DNA of 63,020 nucleotides, counting the filler. It is 5 parts of 5 records of this genome, joined end to end, with 100 filler letters (N's around TTAATTAATTAA, not from the genome) between each part and the next. Parts side by side here need not be neighbours in the genome. Positions count along the whole stretch, not along the records: positions 1 to 9,177 come from SRR20825019_2348; positions 9,278 to 34,463 come from SRR20825019_2349; 3 more parts are not named here. One strand, 5' to 3'. Below are positions 1 through 9,816 of this stretch, piece by piece. The stretch's first letter is position 1; each line of letters starts with the position of its first letter. The notes beneath the pieces were generated by a model. The model ran no database searches and had not been told where the DNA came from. It saw only the letters and a list, made by a program, of their open reading frames with translations. Made by a program: the position numbers and the translations under genes.

Positions 1-69
1 ATCAGAAAATCAAATGGTTTTATAGTAAAAACATATATGCTCTCTGTAAGGATTCGAGAAATATTTGAC

Positions 70-77
70 TAAATTTG
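70..77 (+). promoter_or_regulatory. Bacteroidota sigma-A -7 element (TAAATTTG) upstream of trxA
   Basis: Matches the TAnnTTTG consensus about 35 nt before the ATG; similar motifs precede other Flavobacterial genes (e.g. 2810, 55602, 57217 on +; 49744, 55561, 60332 on -). Confidence 0.6.
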
Positions 78-111
78 CATAATAAAGTAGAACACATTAA
101 AATTAAATAAA

Positions 112-429
112 ATGGCTTTAGAGATAACAGATGCTACTTTTGATGAAGTAGTTTTAAAAAGTGACAAACCAGTATTAGTAGATTTTTGGGCAGCTTGGTG
201 TGGTCCATGTAGAATGGTGGCTCCAATTATTGACCAATTAACCGAAGAATACGAAGGTAAAGCTGTTATTGGAAAAGTAGATGTTGATGCTAATCAAGAA
301 TTTGCAGCTAAATACGGCGTAAGAAATATACCTACAGTTTTAGTTTTTCAAAATGGAGAAGTTGTAGGAAGACAAGTAGGTGTTGCTCCTAAAACAGCAT
401 ATAATGAAGCAATCGATACATTGTTATAA
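112..429 (+). CDS. trxA: Thioredoxin
   Basis: WCGPC active site, 105 aa, IPT cis-Pro motif. Confidence 0.97.
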   Translation: MALEITDATFDEVVLKSDKPVLVDFWAAWCGPCRMVAPIIDQLTEEYEGKAVIGKVDVDANQEFAAKYGVRNIPTVLVFQNGEVVGRQVGVAPKTAYNEAIDTLL

Positions 430-447
430 TTAAACGGTGTTTAGTAT

Positions 448-480
448 AAAAAAGGTTTGGCTGTTAGTCAAACCTTTTTT
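448..480 (+). terminator. Rho-independent terminator after trxA
   Basis: AAAAAAGGTTTGGCT-GTT-AGTCAAACCTTTTTT hairpin with T tract. Confidence 0.8.
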
Positions 481-519
481 ATTTTAGAGTTTAAATAGAA
501 ACTGAAGTTTTTTCCTTGT

Positions 520-912
520 ATGGCAACAATTTTTACAAAAATTATTAATGGAGATATCCCTAGTTATAAAGTAGCTGAAGATGAAAATTTTTACGCCTTT
601 TTGGATATCAATCCTAATGCAAAAGGCCATACGCTATGTATTCCTAAAAAAGAAATAGATAAAATCTTCGATTTAGATGAAGAGACTTATATGGGGTTAA
701 TGTCTTTTTCTAGAAAAGTAGCCAAAGCACTTGAAAAAGTAATAGATTGTAAAAGAGTAGGGATTGCTGTGGTAGGACTAGAAGTTCCGCATACGCATGT
801 TCATTTAATTCCTTTAAATGCTATGAGCGAAATGACTTTTCAGCAAAAAGTAAAGCTATCCGATGATGAGTTTAAAGAAATTGCTAAAAAAGTAAGTGCT
901 GCTATAGTTTAG
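520..912 (+). CDS. HIT family nucleotide hydrolase
   Basis: HTHVHLIP histidine triad; N-terminal TIFTKII, FLDINP..GHTL. Confidence 0.95.
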   Translation: MATIFTKIINGDIPSYKVAEDENFYAFLDINPNAKGHTLCIPKKEIDKIFDLDEETYMGLMSFSRKVAKALEKVIDCKRVGIAVVGLEVPHTHVHLIPLNAMSEMTFQQKVKLSDDEFKEIAKKVSAAIV

Positions 913-916
913 TCTT

Positions 917-1270
917 TTAGATACTATTATTGCTACGTAGAAATATAAAAACTGCAATGGCAATTCCAACAATTGCTAACATCATAAAAATAGAAAGCCG
1001 AGTTAGTTTAAAGTATGTTTTTGGGTTTTCAACAGTTTTTGCATAAAACTCTCTTACTCTTTCAATGTCTTCCGTCCATCGAACAGGATAAATAGTTGTG
1101 TTACAATTTCCACAAACAATTTTGTCGGTTATTTCTTTTGTAGCATTTATATACCAAGCACTCTCAATATGTTTTTGGTAAAAAGTGAGTAAGAGCCCTT
1201 GGTTTGAAAAACATTCAGGACAATTATTGGTTAATGAGGCTTCCTTAATTTCTTTTTGTATAGTTTTCAC
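917..1270 (-). CDS. Conserved hypothetical protein, zinc ribbon plus C-terminal TM helix
   Basis: CPEC...CGNC pairs, hydrophobic C-terminus. Confidence 0.75.
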   Translation of the reverse strand: MKTIQKEIKEASLTNNCPECFSNQGLLLTFYQKHIESAWYINATKEITDKIVCGNCNTTIYPVRWTEDIERVREFYAKTVENPKTYFKLTRLSIFMMLAIVGIAIAVFIFLRSNNSI

Positions 1271-1287
1271 TGTAGGTTTATTTTGAT

Positions 1288-2430
1288 TTATAGTTCTTCA
1301 GTCTTAAGAGTAACCTGTATAGTACTTCCTTTTCCTAAAACAGAATTTAAAACTTTTACTTTCCCATCATGGTAATCTTCAATAATTCTTCTTACCAGAG
1401 ATAGTCCTAGACCCCAACCTCTTTTTTTGGTGGTATAGCCTGGTTCGAATATTTTGTAAAAATCACTTTTCATAATTCCTTTTCCTGTGTCTATAACGTT
1501 TATTTTTACTGTTTTCTTATCTTCAAAAATTTCAATTTCTAATTTCCCCTTTCCTTTCATAGCATCAATAGAGTTTATGATGAGATTTTCAATAGTCCAA
1601 CTATAGAGTTGAGGGTTAACAAGACTGTATATTTCTTTAGCTGGAGCTTTGAAATGAAAATCTACCAATTTAGAACTTCTGGCTTGGATATAATCAAATG
1701 TATTTTTTGTTTCTGAAATAACATCTAGGCGTTCTAATTTTGGTACAGAGCCTATTTTGGAAAAGCGTTCTGTAATGGTAGAGAGTCTATCGATATCTTT
1801 TTCTATTTCTTGAGTAATGGTAGGGTTTACATTTTCAGACTTTAATAGTTCTGCCCATCCTAAAAGAGAAGAGAGCGGAGTTCCTATTTGGTGTGCAGTT
1901 TCTTTTGCCATTCCAGCCCAGAGTTTATTTTGATCTGCTACTTTAGAAATTTGATAGAAAAAGTAAACAGTACCTCCAAAGAAAACGATTATTAAAATAA
2001 GCGCTATGGGATAATATTTTAAATTGTTTAAAACATCTGAATTTCCGTAATATAATGTTCCGTATTTTTCTGCTCTAAAAGTAACTTCAATAGGAGCATT
2101 TTCGGATACAAATTGTCGGACTTTATTTCTTATGTATATAGAATCATTAGCTTTTTCTTCTGGAAGATTATTCGACCTAACTTCTCCATTTTTCCCCATA
2201 TATATCATAGGAGTACTGGTGTTATTTTTTATAACAGCTAAGGTAAGATTCCCTAAATCGCGGTCTAAATCGGTAGTTTGTAAAAACTCTCCTAATGCTT
2301 CCGCCCAAATTTTCATTTTAGTACGCTCTTCTTCTTTAAATTTCTGAAAGAAAACATAGGTATTCCATAAAATAGAAATAACAATTACAAATGAGGACAT
2401 TATAAGAATCCAACGGGTAGCTTTTTTCAT
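1288..2430 (-). CDS. Membrane sensor histidine kinase (orphan)
   Basis: Two TM segments; H-box ETAHQIGTPLS; N-box ENLIINSIDAM; G boxes DTGKG, GWGLGL. Confidence 0.93.
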   Translation of the reverse strand: MKKATRWILIMSSFVIVISILWNTYVFFQKFKEEERTKMKIWAEALGEFLQTTDLDRDLGNLTLAVIKNNTSTPMIYMGKNGEVRSNNLPEEKANDSIYIRNKVRQFVSENAPIEVTFRAEKYGTLYYGNSDVLNNLKYYPIALILIIVFFGGTVYFFYQISKVADQNKLWAGMAKETAHQIGTPLSSLLGWAELLKSENVNPTITQEIEKDIDRLSTITERFSKIGSVPKLERLDVISETKNTFDYIQARSSKLVDFHFKAPAKEIYSLVNPQLYSWTIENLIINSIDAMKGKGKLEIEIFEDKKTVKINVIDTGKGIMKSDFYKIFEPGYTTKKRGWGLGLSLVRRIIEDYHDGKVKVLNSVLGKGSTIQVTLKTEEL

Positions 2431-2831
2431 TTATTCGAAGAAAAGTTTTTACTCATTTATCGAGGTTTATTGCTCCGACACTTTTGTCGAAAAATTTATT
2501 TCCTCTTATATCTCATGGCTTTTTTGAGGAATTTTACTTGACAATGTATAAATATAAAGTAAAACCATCAAATTTATTGTTGCTTCACCTACAAAGGTTT
2601 AAAATGTATGGTTTTTTTGACAACGAGGTCGAAAAACCGTAACGCTGCGTCGCTACACTCCTGATCTCAGAGATTTCGGTTACTATTCTGCGGATAAGGG
2701 TTTTAGCTGCGCTAGCCATCAACGCAATTCTAAACTAGGGGCTTTTTAAAATTTAAAAATGGAGGGATTACTTTGTATTAAAACATTTTTGCCTCCGTTT
2801 TATTTAAGCTATTTTTGTTTAAAACAACAGT

Positions 2832-3704
2832 ATGTTATCTATAGATCCTAAAGAAATATCCACAGGCAAACTTCATGGTTATCTACTTGGAGCAGTAGGA
2901 CCAAGGCCTATTGCTTTTGCTAGTACTATTGATGCTAATGGAGCTGTAAATCTATCGCCTTTTAGTTTTTTTAATGTGTATAGTTCCAATCCACCTATTA
3001 TGATTTTTTCTGCAAATAGAAGGGTTCGAGATAATACTACAAAGCATACTTTGGAAAATATATTAGAAACTAAAGAAGTTGTTGTTAACATTGTAAATTA
3101 TAATATAGTTCAGCAAGTTTCTTTAAGTAGTACAGAGTATCCAAAAGGAGTTAATGAGTTTGAAAAAGCAGGACTTACAATGTTAAAGTCGGAGCTTATA
3201 AAACCATTTAGAGTGGGGGAGTCGCCAGTACAATTTGAGTGTAAAGTGAATGAAGTTATTGCTCTAGGAGAAGAAGGGGGGGCTGGAAATTTAATTGTTT
3301 GTGAAGTAGTTAAACTTCATATAAATGAAGCTGTTTTAGATGAAAATGGACAAATAGATCAGCACAAAATAGATTTGGTAAGTAGAATGGGAGGAAATTG
3401 GTACAGTCGTGCTAATTTAGGAATGTTTGAGGTGCCAAAGCCTTTAGCTAGCATAGGAATTGGGATTGATAATATTCCTTTTGATATTAGAAATAGTAAA
3501 GTGCTAACAGGTAACGATTTAGGTGTTTTAGGGAATGTAGAAAGAGTTCCCTCAAAAGAAGAAATAGAAGAGTTTGTTGAGAGTTCTATAAAAATAAGAG
3601 AGTTAATAAGTGCCGATGATATAGCACAGATACACGCAAAAGCTCAAGAGATGATTGCAAATAATGATGTTGTTTCTGCATGGAAACTATTATTGGCTAA
3701 ATAA
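2832..3704 (+). CDS. Flavin reductase family protein
   Basis: PRPIAFAST...NLSPFSFFN motif, ESPVQFEC. Confidence 0.88.
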   Translation: MLSIDPKEISTGKLHGYLLGAVGPRPIAFASTIDANGAVNLSPFSFFNVYSSNPPIMIFSANRRVRDNTTKHTLENILETKEVVVNIVNYNIVQQVSLSSTEYPKGVNEFEKAGLTMLKSELIKPFRVGESPVQFECKVNEVIALGEEGGAGNLIVCEVVKLHINEAVLDENGQIDQHKIDLVSRMGGNWYSRANLGMFEVPKPLASIGIGIDNIPFDIRNSKVLTGNDLGVLGNVERVPSKEEIEEFVESSIKIRELISADDIAQIHAKAQEMIANNDVVSAWKLLLAK

Positions 3705-3732
3705 ATTGAATATATTTTAATATTTTTGACGC

Positions 3733-4113
3733 ATGGAAGTACAAGGAAAAATAAAGTTGATTGATGAGACTAAAACTTTTGGAAACAATGGTTTTAGAAA
3801 AAGAGAAATGGTAGTAACTACGGAAGAGCAATATCCTCAACATATTATGATTGAGTTTGTTCAAGATAAATGCGATATTCTTAACGCATATCAAGTAGGA
3901 CAACAAGTAAAGGTAAGTATTAATCTTAGAGGTAGAGAATGGGTTAATCCGCAAGGAGAAACTAAGTATTTTAATTCTATCCAAGGTTGGAGAATTGAGA
4001 ATTTACAGCCAGCAGGAAATGGTGCGCCAGAAATGCCACCAATGCCGCCGGAAGATGCTTTTGAACCAGCAAACGATTTTAAAGAAGATGATCACGACGA
4101 TCTTCCTTTTTAA
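3733..4113 (+). CDS. DUF3127 family protein (OB-fold/SSB-like, acidic tail)
   Basis: QYPQHIMIEFVQDK, INLRGREW, YFNSIQGWRI, C-terminal DDLPF. Confidence 0.88.
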   Translation: MEVQGKIKLIDETKTFGNNGFRKREMVVTTEEQYPQHIMIEFVQDKCDILNAYQVGQQVKVSINLRGREWVNPQGETKYFNSIQGWRIENLQPAGNGAPEMPPMPPEDAFEPANDFKEDDHDDLPF

Positions 4114-4242
4114 TCTCATAGTGAGTTTAATTCTCTAAAGCCTGTCCTGAGTTTATTAAAGGAATCTGCGCTCAATGAGTTAATTTGTTTTATATAAATA
4201 CATCTTAGGCTTGATCTAAGGTGTGATAAAAAAAATAGAAAG

Positions 4243-4272
4243 AAAAAAGGAGTCCTAAGGGCTCTTTTTTTT
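4243..4272 (+). terminator. Terminator-like hairpin downstream of DUF3127
   Basis: AAAAAAGGAGTCC-TAA-GGGCTCTTTTTT; a second hairpin AAGTCTCAACAA..TTGTTGAGACTT follows at about 4301-4328. Confidence 0.65.
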
Positions 4273-4495
4273 GGTGTAAATTATAAGTGATATATAAAAA
4301 AAGTCTCAACAAAAATTGTTGAGACTTAATATTGTGGTTTTAGGTACGTCATTGTATTAAACTCAAAAAGCAATGATGAAAATAATTGGTTACAATGACA
4401 TATATCAAAAATGTAATAATAATTCAATATATACAAGTTAAATATACTTTTTTTACTATATTTTTTAAATTTTACAACTAAAAACAAAGGATTAA

Positions 4496-5134
4496 ATGTT
4501 TTTTCTCACAGAAAAGATAGTATTTCCGCCAGTAGAAAATGCTTCTGTAGATGGAGTAGTTGCCGTAGGGGGAGATTTATCAACAGAAAGACTTATTGAG
4601 GCGTATAACCAAGGAATTTTTCCATGGTTTGATCAAGGAGATTTAATATTGTGGTGGAGTCCAGATCCGAGAATGGTTTTAGTGCCTTCTCACATAAAAA
4701 TTTCTAAAAGTATGAAGACTGTTTTGAAGAAGAAGATTTTCAAAATTACTTATAATAAAGCTTTCGAAGATGTTATTAGAAATTGTGCTAAAATTGAGAG
4801 AAAGGGGCAAGATGGAACTTGGATTGATGAAGATATGACTACCGCTTATATAAAACTGCATAAGATGGGAGTGGCTAAATCTGTTGAGGTTTGGTATGAA
4901 AATGAATTGGTTGGCGGACTCTATGGGGTAGATTTAGGACATATATTTTGTGGTGAAAGTATGTTTTCAAAAATGAGTAATGCCTCCAAAACTGCGTTTA
5001 TATATTTAGCACAGAAGTTAGAAAAAGAAAATTATAAGTTAATAGATTGTCAGTTATATACAGATCATTTGTATTCCCTTGGCGCTCGTGAAATTCCAAG
5101 GGAGGTTTTTATAAGTGTTTTGAAATCTAATTAG
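4496..5134 (+). CDS. aat: Leucyl/phenylalanyl-tRNA--protein transferase
   Basis: GGDLS..RL..AY..GIFPW, WWSPDPR, GGLYGV, FCGESMFS. Confidence 0.96.
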   Translation: MFFLTEKIVFPPVENASVDGVVAVGGDLSTERLIEAYNQGIFPWFDQGDLILWWSPDPRMVLVPSHIKISKSMKTVLKKKIFKITYNKAFEDVIRNCAKIERKGQDGTWIDEDMTTAYIKLHKMGVAKSVEVWYENELVGGLYGVDLGHIFCGESMFSKMSNASKTAFIYLAQKLEKENYKLIDCQLYTDHLYSLGAREIPREVFISVLKSN

Positions 5135-5251
5135 TTTGTCCTCAATAATCAATACTTAAATGTTTTATAAATTGTTCTGAGTATGCCCAGAGTTTTGTGG
5201 CAAAATACTTTTTAGTTCTCTTTTAGTATTTTAGGTTTTGCTTGGGTGTTC

Positions 5252-5818
5252 TCAAGGAGATTTTACTTGGTTATATCTAAAGCAATTAACTTCATGGTCG
5301 TTAACCATACCAGTAGCTTGCATATGTGCATACATTACTGTAGAGCCTACAAATTTAAATCCGCGTTTTTTTAAATCTTTACTCAGAGCATCAGAAATAG
5401 CTGTATTTGCAGGAGCTTCTTTGTAATTTTCAACTTTGTTTTGAATCGGTTTCCCATCAACAAAACTCCATATATATTTACTAAAACTTCCATGTTCTTC
5501 TTGAATTTTAATAAAATTCTGAGCGTTGGAAATAGTTGCTTTAATTTTTAACTTATTTCTAATAATTCCTTCATCTAAAAGAAGAGAATCATATTTAGAG
5601 GTGTTGTACTTCGCAATTTTTTTATAGTCAAAATTGTCAAAAGCTTTTCGGAAATTCTCACGCTTTCTTAGAATGGTAATCCAACTAAGTCCAGCTTGAA
5701 AGGTTTCTAGGATTAGAAACTCAAAAATAGTAGCATCATCATAAACTGGAACTCCCCATTCATTGTCATGATAATCTTCGTAAAGTGTATCGCCTACACA
5801 CCATCCACATCGTTGCAT
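5252..5818 (-). CDS. tag: DNA-3-methyladenine glycosylase I
   Basis: RCGW, YHDNEWG, LETFQAGLSW, GMVNDH...C. Confidence 0.96.
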   Translation of the reverse strand: MQRCGWCVGDTLYEDYHDNEWGVPVYDDATIFEFLILETFQAGLSWITILRKRENFRKAFDNFDYKKIAKYNTSKYDSLLLDEGIIRNKLKIKATISNAQNFIKIQEEHGSFSKYIWSFVDGKPIQNKVENYKEAPANTAISDALSKDLKKRGFKFVGSTVMYAHMQATGMVNDHEVNCFRYNQVKSP

Positions 5819-5913
5819 ACGTATGATATTTATCAGCTTAATTGCTGTAAGTTTTACATAAATTTGAGTCTAAGATATGAAATAATAATGTAGTATTTGC
5901 CGATATAAATTTT

Positions 5914-6525
5914 ATGGAAGAAATAGTAAAAAAACTCATTAAAGAAGCGTTTAAAACAGGATATACATATTCAGATTACCGAGTGTTAGTGGACCAGTTA
6001 GTGTTAGAAAATAAATCAACTGGAGTAGCGCAGACAGAAGCTTTGAGTAATTATAGTTTGTTAAACCATAAACGGATGAAGCGGTTGGATAAAACTACTA
6101 AGCTTTCTGAAGAAGTGCTAGAAAAATTGCAGTCTTTGGACAGAAAAGTTATTTGGGTAGTTTTGACTGAAAGTTGGTGTGGGGATGCGGCGCAAACACT
6201 CCCTATAATTAATAAAATAGCCGAAGCTTCTAATAATATAACTCTTAAAGTTGTTTTAAGAGACGAAAATTCTGAGTTGATGGATAACTTTTTAACACGT
6301 GGAAGCCGTTCTATTCCTAAACTTATAATGGTTGATGAAGCTATAAAAGAGGTTATAGATTGTTGGGGACCGAGACCTTCTATAGCAACAAATATGGTAA
6401 AAACTTATAAAGAAAAGCACGGAACTTTAACTGCTGAGTTTAAACAAGATTTGCAAATTTGGTACAATAAAGATAAGGGAGAAAATACAATAGCCGATCT
6501 TTTGGAATTACTCTCCTTGAAATAA
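5914..6525 (+). CDS. Thioredoxin-like protein (WCGD type)
   Basis: TESWCGDAAQ, RSIPKL, WGPRP. Confidence 0.85.
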   Translation: MEEIVKKLIKEAFKTGYTYSDYRVLVDQLVLENKSTGVAQTEALSNYSLLNHKRMKRLDKTTKLSEEVLEKLQSLDRKVIWVVLTESWCGDAAQTLPIINKIAEASNNITLKVVLRDENSELMDNFLTRGSRSIPKLIMVDEAIKEVIDCWGPRPSIATNMVKTYKEKHGTLTAEFKQDLQIWYNKDKGENTIADLLELLSLK

Positions 6526-7293
6526 ATAGGTAATCGTTCCAGGTTGTTCTGAACTTGTGTTTGCGGAGCTAAATTTAGCTTTTAGTGCGTAATTTATGGC
6601 GTTGTCTACAAGGCATCCGTTTTGGGTGGTAGAGCTATTTTTATTAAAAGAAGCGTCTGTTACATCTCCTTGTGGACTAACTTTTATATTTATTACCACT
6701 TTGCCAAAGCTCTCGCAAGTATAAACAGGATTTGGAAGACTTACATCATATCTATCAATTAAGGAATAGCTAATTGTAGTTCTTCTTTTTATGTTAACTT
6801 TTGGTGCTTCTCCTTTTCTTTTTAGCGCTTCTATTTTTCTGCGTTGTTCTTGTAGTTTTTTTGCATATTCACTAGAATAACCTTCATTTATAGCAGCGTT
6901 GTCGTTTAGACTTTCAGAGTTATCAGGATTTTCACTAGCAGCATCTTGCTTTTCTTGCTCTAATTCTTCAAGAGTTTTAAAATTATCAACATCATCTGCA
7001 TATTCACTTTTTTCAGCTTCATTATATGCTTTATGAGTTTCTAGTTCGGTTAGGGTCATTTCTTCTTCCTGCGGAATTTCTTCTTTTAAGAGTTCCTCGT
7101 CGAAGCTTAATTCATATAAAAACTCTTCTTCTTTTTGTCCAGACAATTTTATGTTAAGCAGTGTCAACAAAAAAATCCCCATTAAACAGCTCGAAATAAT
7201 AAGTGCTAATTGCTTGTTATTAAGCTCGTCTAATTTGCTAATAAATTTATCATTAGCTTCGTTGAGTTTTTTTATTAGTTCTTTTAAGTCCAT
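6508..7293 (-). CDS. TonB-like energy transducer family protein
   Basis: N-terminal TM, charged linker, C-terminal PVYTC..GKVVINIKV...G.V TonB-C-like domain. Confidence 0.75.
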   Translation of the reverse strand: MDLKELIKKLNEANDKFISKLDELNNKQLALIISSCLMGIFLLTLLNIKLSGQKEEEFLYELSFDEELLKEEIPQEEEMTLTELETHKAYNEAEKSEYADDVDNFKTLEELEQEKQDAASENPDNSESLNDNAAINEGYSSEYAKKLQEQRRKIEALKRKGEAPKVNIKRRTTISYSLIDRYDVSLPNPVYTCESFGKVVINIKVSPQGDVTDASFNKNSSTTQNGCLVDNAINYALKAKFSSANTSSEQPGTITYLFQGE

Positions 7294-7339
7294 ATTTTAA
7301 AAACGACCTGAATGCTAAAGATAAAAATATTTATGTCTT

Positions 7340-8035
7340 TTAGGGTTGTAATATTTCTGTAAAATCATCGGGTGTTATAGCATTATCTACGTTGAAATCT
7401 CCTATTTTGGTTCTTCTTAACACAGATAAATATCCTCCTGAATTAAGAGCTTTGCCAAAATCGTGTGCTAGTGACCTAATGTAGGTGCCTTTGCTGCAAA
7501 CAACTCTAAACGCTACTTCTGGAAGGTTAATAGCAGTAATTTCAAATGCTTCGATAGTTATTTTACGCGATTTTATTTCCACTTCAACCCCTTCACGAGC
7601 ATATTCATAGAGTCGTTTTCCGTCTTTTTTTAAGGCTGAAAAAACAGGAGGGAATTGATCTATTTCTCCTATAAAGTTTTTAGTAGCTTCTTTAATTTTT
7701 TCTTCTGAAATATGCTCAATAGGAAATACTTGGTCCACTTCTGTCTCCATGTCATAAGATGGACGTGTAGCGCCCAATGTAATAGTGCCTGTGTACTCTT
7801 TTATTTGTCCTTGTAGTTCTGGAATTTTTTTAGTGAATTTTCCAGTACAGATAATTAAAAGTCCTGTTGCTAATGGGTCTAGAGTTCCAGCATGTCCGAC
7901 TTTTATTTTTTTAAGGCCAAATTTTTTCTTGATAGCCCATTTTATTTTATTTACCGCTTGAAAAGAAGACCAAGTTAGCGGTTTGTCAATAAGTAATATT
8001 TGTCCGCTTTTAATATTTTCTTCGGTATATATCAT
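7340..8035 (-). CDS. truB: tRNA pseudouridine(55) synthase
   Basis: KVGHAGTLDPLATG, CSKGTYIRSLAHD. Confidence 0.97.
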   Translation of the reverse strand: MIYTEENIKSGQILLIDKPLTWSSFQAVNKIKWAIKKKFGLKKIKVGHAGTLDPLATGLLIICTGKFTKKIPELQGQIKEYTGTITLGATRPSYDMETEVDQVFPIEHISEEKIKEATKNFIGEIDQFPPVFSALKKDGKRLYEYAREGVEVEIKSRKITIEAFEITAINLPEVAFRVVCSKGTYIRSLAHDFGKALNSGGYLSVLRRTKIGDFNVDNAITPDDFTEILQP

Positions 8036-8050
8036 AAAAAAAGAATTCGA

Positions 8051-8845
8051 TTAATAAAAATAGCCAAGCGTTATTGCAATTAGCCCAACAATAAAACAGT
8101 ACATAGCAAAATACACCAATTTGCTGTTTTTTACTAATTTAATCATCCAGGTACAAGCTAGAATTCCAGAAATAAAAGCTGCTAAAAAACCCATTGCTAA
8201 TGCTTGTGTGTTATGTCCTTCATAGGATAAATCTCCACTTAGAATATCTTTAGCTATTTTTCCGAAGATAAGCGGAACTACCATTAAAAAGGAAAAACGG
8301 GCAGCTTTACTTTTGTCATTTCCTAATAACACAGAAGTAGAGATTGTTGCGCCAGACCTTGAAATACCTGGAAGCATTGCAATAGCTTGAGAAATACCAA
8401 TAACAAATGCATTGGAATAGCTTACAGGTTTTCCAGTGTGTTTAGCTTTATCCGCCAAATAAAGTAAAAGAGCGGTAACTATAAGCATAAAACCAACTAG
8501 TAAAACGTTACCGTTAAATAGCATTCCTAGCTGTTCCTCAAAGAAGAAGCCAATGAGTGCAGCTGGAACCATGGAGATAATTATTTTTAAAGAAAATTTA
8601 AGTTCCTCGTTCCAAGTAAACTGAAAAATGCCTTTGAGAATTTCTAAAATATCTTTTCTAAAAACTACCATGGTGCTTAAAGCAGTAGCAAAATGGAGCA
8701 CAACTGTAAAAAGTAAACTTTCTTGTGGTACGGAATTATCTCCTAAAATAGCCTTTCCAAGCTCTAAATGTCCGCTAGAAGAAACTGGTAAAAATTCTGT
8801 AAGGCCTTGTATAATACCAAGGATTATAGCGTCTATAACCTCCAT
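8051..8845 (-). CDS. uppP: Undecaprenyl-diphosphate phosphatase
   Basis: QGLTEFLPVSSSGHL, PGISRSGAT. Confidence 0.97.
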   Translation of the reverse strand: MEVIDAIILGIIQGLTEFLPVSSSGHLELGKAILGDNSVPQESLLFTVVLHFATALSTMVVFRKDILEILKGIFQFTWNEELKFSLKIIISMVPAALIGFFFEEQLGMLFNGNVLLVGFMLIVTALLLYLADKAKHTGKPVSYSNAFVIGISQAIAMLPGISRSGATISTSVLLGNDKSKAARFSFLMVVPLIFGKIAKDILSGDLSYEGHNTQALAMGFLAAFISGILACTWMIKLVKNSKLVYFAMYCFIVGLIAITLGYFY

Positions 8846-8873
8846 GCTTTATAGTGATGGAATTAAATTTAAA

Positions 8874-9134
8874 TTAGTTATTTTTCTTTTTATTTGGATT
8901 TAAAAGGATAGCGTAAACCTCAATTCCAAAACCAATAAGAACTAGCGTAGGTGCTAACCTAATTCTTCTAAAATTATAAATATCAGGATTAAAAACAGCT
9001 GGGTCGTTACTCCCACCGCCACTCATCAATATAAAACCTATAGCAATAAAGGCTAGACCGATGAACATAAACATATAATTCTTCTTTTGAAATATAAATT
9101 CTTTATCTGTAGTATTTTGTGTTTTATTTTTCAC
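8874..9134 (-). CDS. DUF3098 family membrane protein
   Basis: GFILMSGGGS.DP..FNP...FRRIRLAP; typical position between ftsX and uppP. Confidence 0.85.
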   Translation of the reverse strand: MKNKTQNTTDKEFIFQKKNYMFMFIGLAFIAIGFILMSGGGSNDPAVFNPDIYNFRRIRLAPTLVLIGFGIEVYAILLNPNKKKNN

Positions 9135-9144
9135 GATATTCTTT

Positions 9145-9177
9145 TTAATAATATAAATCGTCTGTTCTTAAGTTCAA
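9145..9177 (-). CDS. ftsX: C-terminal fragment of cell-division permease FtsX (truncated by contig end)
   Basis: Reads LNLRTDDLYY-stop, the typical Flavobacterial FtsX C-terminus; synteny with DUF3098-uppP-truB. Confidence 0.65.
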   Translation of the reverse strand: MNLRTDDLYY

Positions 9178-9277
9178 NNNNNNNNNNNNNNNNNNNNNNN
9201 NNNNNNNNNNNNNNNNNNNNNTTAATTAATTAANNNNNNNNNNNNNNNNNNNNNNNNNNNNNNNNNNNNNNNNNNNN
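9178..9277. other. Artificial contig spacer
   Basis: 44 N + TTAATTAATTAA (stops in all six frames) + 44 N. Confidence 0.99.
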
Positions 9278-9303
9278 TTAGTGAATAACAATCTGCCTAC
9301 AGA

Positions 9304-9816
9304 CTAATCTACAGACAAACTAAATAAGTTAATTTTATTCAAGATTAACTTAAGAGCAAAAATTGTAGATTGATCTCTAATTTCATCTCTACTACCTATA
9401 AATTTCTTTTTATAATAGTTTGGCTTAGAATGAGATATAGATACTCCGAAATATACAACCCCCAAGGGTATAAATTTATTTTTTTCTAAATTAGGTCCTG
9501 CATAACCTGTAACTGATACTGCTATATTACTATTTGAAATTTTTTGAGCATTAATAGCCATTTCTAATGCTACTTGTTTAGACACAGAACCATAATTATT
9601 AATAGTTATTTTATTTACTTTAAGTATTTTAATTTTGGCCTGATCTGAATATGTGATAAGCCCAGAATAAAAACATTGAGAAGCACGTGGTACGCTAGTT
9701 AAATAAGAAGAAATCAGACCTCCAGTACAAGATTCTGCTGTTGATATAGAAATATTTTTTTCTAAAGCTTTCTGAATTACTTGATATGCAAGTATAGATA
9801 TTTTTTTATTAAGCAT
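9304..9816 (-). CDS. CinA C-terminal / PncC-like NMN deamidase
   Basis: STAESCTGG, YGSVS..VA.EMA, SVTGYAGP. Confidence 0.9.
   Translation of the reverse strand: MLNKKISILAYQVIQKALEKNISISTAESCTGGLISSYLTSVPRASQCFYSGLITYSDQAKIKILKVNKITINNYGSVSKQVALEMAINAQKISNSNIAVSVTGYAGPNLEKNKFIPLGVVYFGVSISHSKPNYYKKKFIGSRDEIRDQSTIFALKLILNKINLFSLSVD

Noticed and set aside
1288-2430. Histidine kinase without an adjacent response regulator
   Set aside because: Orphan kinase next to HIT and flavin-reductase genes is a common Flavobacterial arrangement
9222-9233. TTAATTAATTAA palindrome repeated four times
   Set aside because: Synthetic six-frame-stop linker inside N runs; not biological
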